From a virus, in the IMG/VR virus record IMGVR_UViG_3300045988_021117, positions 1-6,255 of that record: a stretch of DNA of 6,255 nt. One strand, written 5' to 3'. Shown in pieces: positions 1 through 5,252 of the stretch. Within the stretch, counting starts at the first letter, position 1, and each line of letters opens with the position of its first letter. A program made the position numbers and the translations under genes. Under the pieces are notes generated by a model that ran no database searches, was not told where the DNA came from, and saw only the letters and a list, made by a program, of their open reading frames with translations.

Positions 1-55
1 AGCAACATTAACACTGGCACCTTCAGTAGGAAGGTCAATTACAGCGACATCACCA
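1..55. repeat. Terminal direct repeat, copy 1; circular-contig overlap identical to 6201..6255
   Basis: Seen in sequence: agcaacattaacactggcaccttcagtaggaaggtcaattacagcgacatcacca occurs at both 1..55 and 6201..6255. The capsid reading frame is continuous across the implied junction. Inference: 55 nt is a common assembler k-mer length, so this is probably not a biological repeat. Confidence 0.95.
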
Positions 56-903
56 AATTGAGAATTCGGGAGAACACCCATCAATAGATCTTTGTTCCAA
101 TTACAATATCTGAGGTCAAGCATTGTATCGGATTTCCAATAGGACGAATCAGCTCCGGGAATATCAGGAGTAGAAAATACAAAAGGAGAAGTACCAGAAT
201 AGTAATCTACATTATAAGATGAAGGATTGGATTTTTCCCATTGAGACCAACGGAAAAAGTCTTGATAAATCTTCTGATAAGCAAGAACAGGGAAAAGATT
301 CACAACATTGTTCTGGATATAGGCTTGACTATAAGGAGAACTAGTGGAATTCTTCAAAGAGGTAGACCACCAACGATTATTCGAAGAGGGAACAGTACCG
401 ATAACATTTCCATAACCAAGATAACTCAAAAGCTTGAAAGCTAAATCTCCACGGTTAAAACCAAACAGATTCGAAAGGAAACCTGTTTTTCCAGGGTCAT
501 TGGCAGACCCGTTTAAACGATAAAGAAAAAAATTCAAAACATTCAAAGATACAGAAGGTAAATAAGTTCCAAGCGACAAATTCTGTGTCAAAGACAACGC
601 TTGAACTTGATTAATATCCTGCATCTGTGTTAAGACAGAAGGAGCAGACTTCCAAAGAAGACGCAACGGCACAGCGTAGAAATCAAAGTATTCACGCAAC
701 CGAGTATAAGCGGAAGTTTCAACGGGCTGAGTACGAGTAAAATACTCAACATTAAACTTATATTTATCACCAGGCATAGAAATATCCCAATAGACGGGAA
801 GAAGCTCACCAACTTTTGCAGTAAATGCATTTTTACGTCCAATGTCAAAGCCAGAACGGTGAGGGTGGTTCTGGAGATTGGACATTCCAGTGTAAGAAGC
901 CAT
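1..903 (-). CDS. VP1: Major capsid protein VP1 (phiX174 F homologue), N-terminal 301 codons; continues at 6200 after circularisation
   Basis: Minus-strand ATG at 903..901, then a frame with no stop down to position 1. Hand translation: MASYTGMSNLQNHPHRSGFDIGRKNAFTAKVGELLPVYWDISMPGDKYKFNVEYFTRTQPVETSAYTRLREYFDFYAVPLRLLWKSAPSVLTQMQDINQVQALSLTQNLSLGTYLPSVSLN... The HPHRSGFD and REYFDFYAVPLRLLW blocks match my recollection of gokusho/alpa-type Microviridae VP1. It is absent from the ORF track because it has no stop inside the window on this side. Confidence 0.92.
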   Translation of the reverse strand, partial: MASYTGMSNLQNHPHRSGFDIGRKNAFTAKVGELLPVYWDISMPGDKYKFNVEYFTRTQPVETSAYTRLREYFDFYAVPLRLLWKSAPSVLTQMQDINQVQALSLTQNLSLGTYLPSVSLNVLNFFLYRLNGSANDPGKTGFLSNLFGFNRGDLAFKLLSYLGYGNVIGTVPSSNNRWWSTSLKNSTSSPYSQAYIQNNVVNLFPVLAYQKIYQDFFRWSQWEKSNPSSYNVDYYSGTSPFVFSTPDIPGADSSYWKSDTMLDLRYCNWNKDLLMGVLPNSQFGDVAVIDLPTEGASVNVA

Positions 904-927
904 AACTAAAATTTAAAATTGAACATA

Positions 928-2625
928 TCAATCATGATAAGAAAAAATGCCAAACAAATCATTAGCCTTCTTGTGTTTGACCTTATCCCTACATTTCATC
1001 AATGCAGCGGCAGCCAAACGACGAACAAGAGGCAATTTATGGTAAGGCTCTTCCTTATCGCGAACAGTCCTATTATAACGGAAGGAATAATTGCGAATTT
1101 CAAAATCGACCAAGTCTTTATCATTAGCATCTTCCAAAGTCTGATAAAAGTCTACAAGACGACAATAATCATACCTCTTCCAAAAACAAAATATTTTTTC
1201 AGAGATTATTCGTAAGAACCTTTCTCGACAAAAGAGTTCTCCTCCAGAAGTGCCGCTGGACCAGAAGAATTCCGAGCATCCATCTGTTGAATATGTTCGA
1301 ACAAATTTAGAAATTCCGAGGAAAAATCGGTACACGCGGGAGAGACGATGAATAGGTTCTGAATCAATACCATCGTACAAACGACATTCAGTAAGAATGA
1401 GAATATCACTATGAGGTAAATTCGCCTGAGGAGAGAGGTAGTTCCTATATTCATTTGATTTTCCATAATTATCTACATAATTTAAATATTGTTTACAAAA
1501 AGACAAAACACTTTGCTTAGAACTTTCGCTAAACGGGTCACATCCTATATCAGCGCATCCGCTACGAATGACTCGTGAGGGCGCTGTGAACGCAGCAAAA
1601 AGTAACTGGTGAATACCCGATGGAGATTCACGAATAACGTCCGAAAATCGGGGGAATAGTCGAAGGAGATACGGCCATGTAGGTTTAATTGTTCGAAAAT
1701 AACCATTGCGCTCAACGCGGACTCCATCAAGGCACTTATGGATAACTTCATCAACTTCGGTAACTCGTACCTTTCGAGGAAAGAGATTTGATTCCGTAAA
1801 TCCAATGGAATGGAAGGATTTAGGTTGCACCACTTTTGGCATTTGAGTATAAAAGTCGGGTAAAGCGACAAAACTATTAACATACGACGCAACATACGGA
1901 GCTGCGAATCCTCTCGAAAGTGACGCATCACAACGACCGTAGGACCAAGCCTTAGATACATTTTCACAAACAGTTTGCGAGAATCGGTCGGAATTGGAAA
2001 ACAATAACAAGTGCCAATGTGGGCGGAAACTGGTAGGGCCGTATTCTGATACAGCGTAGTAACATAATTTTTCATCTGGGTAATAACTTCTTAAGCGTTT
2101 TAAAAATAAATCAAGGTCGCGATTACAGATATAAGGAATCCTATTCGGAACATCATGTTTAATCTTTCCAAGAATAGACAAAAGGTCCTTAGACTTCATA
2201 GGATAAGAAAATTTAATTTCAGGGTCCTTGAAGGTCCGTTCAACCGTAGAAGTCTTTAATTTAACAGAAGAGGTACGAGGAACGCTGCGAAAACCAAAAA
2301 GATAAGTGTTAGGGTCACCAGCGTCCAAGTCATCAATATTGGGAACGCAGGGAACATCCGCAATATCATCCGTACAAACTTCAATAACCGAAACCTCCAA
2401 AGTAGGAAGAAAGCAAGGAGCATAAGTGAGGGTGACAAAATAAACATAACGGAATTGAGCAGAATAAGTAGTGAGAAGGTTTGTCTGAACAGAAGACCGA
2501 CGAAGAATACAAGAAGGACAATGTCCACAAGAGACAACGACGGGCTCATGTGTGTACTTGTTGATAACTGTACGAGGATTCTGACAACGGGTCAACAACT
2601 TATTCTGCAATTCCTGAGTAATCAT
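928..2625 (-). CDS. VP4: Replication initiation protein VP4 (HUH rolling-circle endonuclease, phiX174 A homologue), 565 aa
   Basis: Track ORF. All three rolling-circle Rep motifs are present: FVTLTY (aa 63-68), HWHLLLF (aa 203-209; I verified the H203 codon at 2019..2017), and the double-Tyr YVASYVNS (aa 244-251; compare phiX174 A YVAKYVNK). There is an N-terminal Cys cluster, CGHCPSC (aa 33-39). The ATG overlaps the peptidase stop as ATGA at 2625..2622. Confidence 0.95.
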   Translation of the reverse strand: MITQELQNKLLTRCQNPRTVINKYTHEPVVVSCGHCPSCILRRSSVQTNLLTTYSAQFRYVYFVTLTYAPCFLPTLEVSVIEVCTDDIADVPCVPNIDDLDAGDPNTYLFGFRSVPRTSSVKLKTSTVERTFKDPEIKFSYPMKSKDLLSILGKIKHDVPNRIPYICNRDLDLFLKRLRSYYPDEKLCYYAVSEYGPTSFRPHWHLLLFSNSDRFSQTVCENVSKAWSYGRCDASLSRGFAAPYVASYVNSFVALPDFYTQMPKVVQPKSFHSIGFTESNLFPRKVRVTEVDEVIHKCLDGVRVERNGYFRTIKPTWPYLLRLFPRFSDVIRESPSGIHQLLFAAFTAPSRVIRSGCADIGCDPFSESSKQSVLSFCKQYLNYVDNYGKSNEYRNYLSPQANLPHSDILILTECRLYDGIDSEPIHRLSRVYRFFLGISKFVRTYSTDGCSEFFWSSGTSGGELFCRERFLRIISEKIFCFWKRYDYCRLVDFYQTLEDANDKDLVDFEIRNYSFRYNRTVRDKEEPYHKLPLVRRLAAAALMKCRDKVKHKKANDLFGIFSYHD

Positions 2626-2930
2626 TTTCTATCAGTATAATTAAGTTCCATTTGACGAGGATTTCGAACACGAGCAAAGGAAACGTGAATAAACGTACGA
2701 TATTTTATAAGCTGGTCAAATTTAAAGGGAGAACCTTTAATCTTCAAGATAAAGCCATCGACAGAAGAGTCAACAGGCTTTAGGTCAATAGCATCACCAG
2801 TCAGATGCTGAGAGTTTTTAACACCATTACACGCATCATTCTGTTCTTTAGTACGGAAAGCGGAAGTAACAGTAAAATGAATATTCTGGCGTAAAAGCCA
2901 CTCGACAAATTTCATTAATTCAGGATTCAT
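2622..2930 (-). CDS. Zn metallopeptidase of the M15/LAS (D-Ala-D-Ala carboxypeptidase-like) type, putative endolysin, 102 aa
   Basis: Track ORF. It contains TSAFRTKEQNDACNGVKNSQHLTGDAIDL with an H-x6-D spacing (H42 codon 2807..2805 and D49 codon 2786..2784, both checked) and a distal His in FIHVSF (H82, 2687..2685). This is the expected order of Zn ligands in M15-family phage peptidases. No signal peptide or TM segment is present. Third codon positions are T-rich, as in the other phage genes. Confidence 0.75.
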   Translation of the reverse strand: MNPELMKFVEWLLRQNIHFTVTSAFRTKEQNDACNGVKNSQHLTGDAIDLKPVDSSVDGFILKIKGSPFKFDQLIKYRTFIHVSFARVRNPRQMELNYTDRK

Positions 2931-3019
2931 GACTTACGAAAATATTTGAGCAATAGACGTAAGAAGATAAGAAGACTAACAGCAGCTGCAATAATTGCAG
3001 ACCAGATTATAGACTTAGT
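2927..3019 (-). CDS. Start-less open frame encoding one transmembrane helix plus a basic tail (TKSIIWSAIIAAAVSLLIFLRLLLKYFRKS*); probably the C-terminus of the upstream ORF after a +1 frame switch
   Basis: Hand translation of the minus frame with codon starts at 3019, 3016 and so on. It is the only open frame between 3014 and 2930. Third positions are T-rich like the real genes. Its TGA (2929..2927) overlaps the peptidase ATG (2930..2928) as ATGA. There is no ATG, GTG or TTG near its 5' end; in-frame TAA at 3022..3020 closes it upstream. Confidence 0.4.
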   Translation of the reverse strand, partial: TKSIIWSAIIAAAVSLLIFLRLLLKYFRKS

Positions 3020-3194
3020 TTAACTTTTCATCGGGAATTGCTTTAAAGGTTGAACAATGAGAAATAATAAGCAAACAATCAGGACGAAGATGCGAAGAAA
3101 CAAAACTAGAAACTTCGTCAACGGGAACAAGAATGGTTTCATTCTGATTGGGGTTGACCTTTGATTGAATAGAACACAAATAATACTTTTCCAT
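3015..3194 (-). CDS. Hypothetical small protein, 59 aa, first gene after the non-coding region
   Basis: Hand translation from ATG 3194..3192 to TAA 3017..3015: MEKYYLCSIQSKVNPNQNETILVPVDEVSSFVSSHLRPDCLLIISHCSTFKAIPDEKLN. It falls below the ORF-track length cut-off. Third codon positions are T-rich as in VP4 and VP1. Its leader shares the AATTTTAAAT..GTTATG motif with VP1. I recognise no family. Confidence 0.5.
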   Translation of the reverse strand: MEKYYLCSIQSKVNPNQNETILVPVDEVSSFVSSHLRPDCLLIISHCSTFKAIPDEKLN

Positions 3195-3236
3195 AACATT
3201 TAAAATTTTAATTATACATGTTTTTTAAAGACAAAG

Positions 3237-3269
3237 CAAAGTTACATATAAATACTTGAGAAAAACAAA
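3237..3269 (-). promoter_or_regulatory. Candidate Bacteroides-type promoter (-33 TTTG, -7 TAnnTTTG) driving the minus-strand gene circle
   Basis: Minus strand reads ATTTG(3270..3266)-21 nt-TAACTTTG(3244..3237). This matches the published Bacteroides consensus of -33 TTTG and -7 TAnnTTTG with a spacing of about 19-21 nt. It lies about 43 nt upstream of the ATG at 3194. The background is A/T-rich, so a chance match is possible. Confidence 0.3.
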
Positions 3270-3310
3270 TATCAACGTAAATATTAACATTAATAAACAA
3301 TAAGCTATAT

Positions 3311-3602
3311 GGGTGGCAGGCTGGTCTGTGAGTTTGCGTATATAAGACAAGAGGAGACTGAAAGCGATGAGGTAAATCGCTTTCCCTTCGGGCAAACTCA
3401 TGTAGACTTCGTCAATTTATATTTTAGGTGTTTAGCGGCGACGGAAAAGAAGAGATTAGAGGGAGATTGCTTACGCGTTGCAAGCGTCAAGCTTCAAGGA
3501 AGGCAGTACTATAGCCTAACGGCTCTGATTCCAGTCGACGAGGTCTCCCGGAATTCAGGGGAATGTATAACCACGCTACGCGCGGTTGCCAGAAGTTACT
3601 CC
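3311..3602. other. GC-rich, highly self-complementary non-coding island; candidate ssDNA complementary-strand origin or structured RNA
   Basis: By hand count, 3311..3640 has about 165 of 330 G+C, against about 19 of 110 for 3201..3310. Verified helices: 3329-3337/3392-3400 (TGAGTTTGC/GCAAACTCA); 3360-3368/3376-3384 (GAAAGCGAT/ATCGCTTTC); C(TTCG)G at 3386-3391; 3469-3476/3484-3492 with bulged C3488; AGCC-taac-GGCT at 3513-3524; 3461-3466/3544-3549 (GGGAGA/TCTCCC); 3569-3576/3580-3587. There is no minus-strand ORF here. Confidence 0.55.
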
Positions 3603-3639
3603 AAGCAACAAAACCCGGCGCGTATCACTACGAACCGGG
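3603..3639 (-). terminator. Candidate intrinsic terminator downstream of VP2
   Basis: The minus-sense RNA reads CCCGG-uu-CGUA-GUGA-UACG-cg-CCGGG (3639..3614) followed by UUUUGUUGCUU (3613..3603). That is a 5 bp plus 4 bp stem capped by a GNRA tetraloop and then a U-rich tract. It starts 31 nt after the VP2 stop. In the plus sense no U-tract follows the hairpin. Confidence 0.5.
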
Positions 3640-3669
3640 CTAGAAGAAAAACGAAAAGAAGTACGAACA

Positions 3670-4758
3670 TTAACGACCAGAGCGAATAACTCTATGAGGT
3701 AAGAAATTTCCTATAGTATTACCAATACTAGTTCCATAATCTACCCATTTATCAGAGTCAAAGTATTTATGCTTTTTCTTTTCATTTCTAGAACGATACC
3801 ATTCCTCAATGTTCCTACTGCGAGCATTATCCTGGGGAAGACCAAGTCTAAGTTCTTCCTTATGATAAGCCGCGGAAGACTCATTAGCTGCAATATTGGC
3901 AGAAATTTGAGACTCAGCAATACGAGAAGCAACTTCATTAGAAATATTCTGACCACGAGCACGAGCAGCAGCCAAAGCTTCTTCAGCCAAAGATTTTTTA
4001 GCTTCAGCATAAGAAAGATATCCAGAAGACATGCGCTGGTAATAATCCGCAGCCTTAACATTTAGGTCAAACTGTTGTTGTTGGTCAAGATACTTATTCA
4101 TAATACCTTTAGCCTCATTATCGAGAAGCATACCAGAACGTTGAGCACGCATAATGAGACCAGTCATTGCCATGTTATCAACTTCCTGTTGTTCCTTAGC
4201 ATAACCAAGCTGAGCACGAGCTAGTCCAGTAGACTTCAAATAATTACGAGTGTCTTCAGTAAGTTTTCCCCAATCAATATTAGAAAGAGTTTCCATCGCC
4301 TTAGCATCAGCAAGCTGTCGAGCACCTTGCAATTGAGACTTTTCAGATTGCATCAACTCGTATTGGAAAACATTACCAATGGAAGAACCTATACCAGAAT
4401 AATCAGCCTGAAAAGGTTGCATAACAGCATTTCCAGAAGAAGAAGCTGTAGCGCCAGTACCGGCAGACTGAGCAACACCAGCAGAACCTCCATTCAGCAT
4501 TAAATAAGGATTTAAACCAGCCTCTTCGAGACGTTGACGTTGGGCAGAAGCAGTGTTATAAGAATTTTCTTTATTCCACATATTTTCTTGCCAGTTACGC
4601 TGCTGTATAGCCATACGTTCGTTGAACTGGTTATTCATCTGATTAATTTTGTAGTTCATCTGGTTGGTCTCCCGGACACTTTGGCTGTTCTGCGAATTTT
4701 GAATTGCAGAAGAACCAAGACCAAAGAGACCACCAGCAATTGAACCAAGAAGACCCAT
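3670..4758 (-). CDS. VP2: Minor capsid / DNA pilot protein VP2 (phiX174 H-like), 362 aa
   Basis: Track ORF. It has a Gly-rich hydrophobic N-terminus (MGLLGSIAGGLFGLGSS). This is followed by NQFNERMAIQQRNWQENMWNKENSYNTASAQRQRLEEAGLNPYLM, which matches the conserved VP2 block (FN..A...R.W...M....YN.P.AQ..R...AGLNP) as I recall it. The remainder is Ala/Gln-rich and predicted helical. Its ATG overlaps the stop of the upstream ORF as TAATG at 4760..4756. Confidence 0.88.
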   Translation of the reverse strand: MGLLGSIAGGLFGLGSSAIQNSQNSQSVRETNQMNYKINQMNNQFNERMAIQQRNWQENMWNKENSYNTASAQRQRLEEAGLNPYLMLNGGSAGVAQSAGTGATASSSGNAVMQPFQADYSGIGSSIGNVFQYELMQSEKSQLQGARQLADAKAMETLSNIDWGKLTEDTRNYLKSTGLARAQLGYAKEQQEVDNMAMTGLIMRAQRSGMLLDNEAKGIMNKYLDQQQQFDLNVKAADYYQRMSSGYLSYAEAKKSLAEEALAAARARGQNISNEVASRIAESQISANIAANESSAAYHKEELRLGLPQDNARSRNIEEWYRSRNEKKKHKYFDSDKWVDYGTSIGNTIGNFLPHRVIRSGR

Positions 4759-5240
4759 TATTCAGAGGAAGCAGTATCGGCGGAAGCAGCGGCCGCTTTT
4801 TCTGCTTCTTGTTTAGCAGTTTCATCATCAATCAAATCCTGTGCCTGAGCTTCAAGATTTTCAGCATAAGCCGACAATTCCTTAGACCAAGCAATAATCT
4901 CAGAAGGAGCCTGAATATGCCGAGAACGAACCGTTGCCAAAAGGTCATCGTCAGACATCTTATCCATAACCTGTTGAATCTGGGAAGCGGACTGTCCTCT
5001 CTGTCCGAACTTAGAAGCAACAGAAAGACCAGCACGGGAAGCCAAATCCTTGGTATGAAGAATCAAACGAATATCAGAAGTGTAACGCACCGGGCAAGTT
5101 TTTTCGTTATCATAAATTTCAACACGGAGCTGTTCGGTAGAATCAAACTCAGGAGCAACTGCAAAATCATCAGGCTCAACATTGGGAATAAGTCCAAAAC
5201 CTTGTTCAAGACTATCCAAATTATTAAATTTTCCAATCAT
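4758..5240 (-). CDS. Hypothetical acidic protein, 160 aa; possible internal scaffolding protein (VP3-like)
   Basis: Track ORF lying between VP1 and VP2 and coupled to VP2 by a 1-nt overlap. It has an acidic, Ala/Glu-rich C-terminal tail. The block VRSRHIQAPSEIIAW resembles what I remember of gokushovirus VP3 scaffolds, but I cannot verify that. Coding status is much more certain than function. Confidence 0.65.
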   Translation of the reverse strand: MIGKFNNLDSLEQGFGLIPNVEPDDFAVAPEFDSTEQLRVEIYDNEKTCPVRYTSDIRLILHTKDLASRAGLSVASKFGQRGQSASQIQQVMDKMSDDDLLATVRSRHIQAPSEIIAWSKELSAYAENLEAQAQDLIDDETAKQEAEKAAAASADTASSE

Positions 5241-5252
5241 AATAAAAAAGAT

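Noticed and set aside
1545-2075. A 176-aa same-strand ORF inside VP4. This could be an overprinted gene like phiX174 B or K inside A.
   Set aside because: It is in the same +1 shadow frame as 1206..1466 and 2256..2549, so the whole +1 frame of VP4 is stop-depleted by codon bias. I recognise no motif in it. It would be worth a synonymous-constraint test on VP4 codons 184-360, but I cannot support it from this sequence alone.
2256-2549. A 97-aa, extremely hydrophobic same-strand ORF embedded in VP4. It is tempting as a phiX174 E-like overprinted lysis protein.
   Set aside because: It lies in the +1 frame of VP4. Real genes here have T-rich third positions, which puts T at the second position in the +1 frame. 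That automatically gives Leu/Phe/Ile-rich, stop-poor shadow ORFs. The phage also already carries a peptidase. Only conservation analysis could revive this ORF.
3020-3199. A 59-aa hydrophobic ORF from ATG 3199 (MLWKSIICVLFNQRSTPIRMKPFLFPLTKFLVLFLRIFVLIVCLLFLIVQPLKQFPMKS). It is in the same frame as the downstream TM segment and is separated from it only by TAA 3022..3020. Read-through would give a holin-like protein with several hydrophobic segments.
   Set aside because: It is the +1 shadow of the 3194 ORF. The 3194 frame carries the T-rich third-position signature of real genes. Stop read-through of TAA is a heavier assumption than a frame switch at the 3194-ORF stop. I keep it only as an alternative to test.
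3222-3256. A sigma70-like TTTAAA-17 nt-TATAAA on the plus strand as a promoter for the antisense 126-aa ORF.
   Set aside because: The -35 match is weak, the segment is about 17% GC so such matches arise by chance, and the inferred host group does not use -35/-10 promoters.
3283-3305. ATTAACATTAATAAACAATAAGC as a dif-like XerC/D site for integration.
   Set aside because: It has only a vague resemblance to the E. coli dif arms, no clear pair of 11-bp arms around a 6-bp spacer, and I do not know the Bacteroidota dif consensus well enough to call it.
3614-3640. GGTTCG on the minus strand (GCCCGGTTCGTAGTG) as a tRNA T-arm, a tRNA-like element or an attP core.
   Set aside because: The loop and stem geometry do not fit a T-arm: the outer 5-bp stem encloses a 16-nt loop rather than a 7-nt one. 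There is no acceptor, D or anticodon arm nearby. The hairpin plus U-tract is better explained as a terminator.
3311-3640. Known small ribozymes (hammerhead CUGAUGA...GAAA core), CRISPR repeats or tandem iterons in the island. GAGATT occurs twice, at 3452-3457 and 3463-3468.
   Set aside because: There is no hammerhead core on either strand and no repeat-spacer periodicity. The two GAGATT copies are too short and too few to call iterons.
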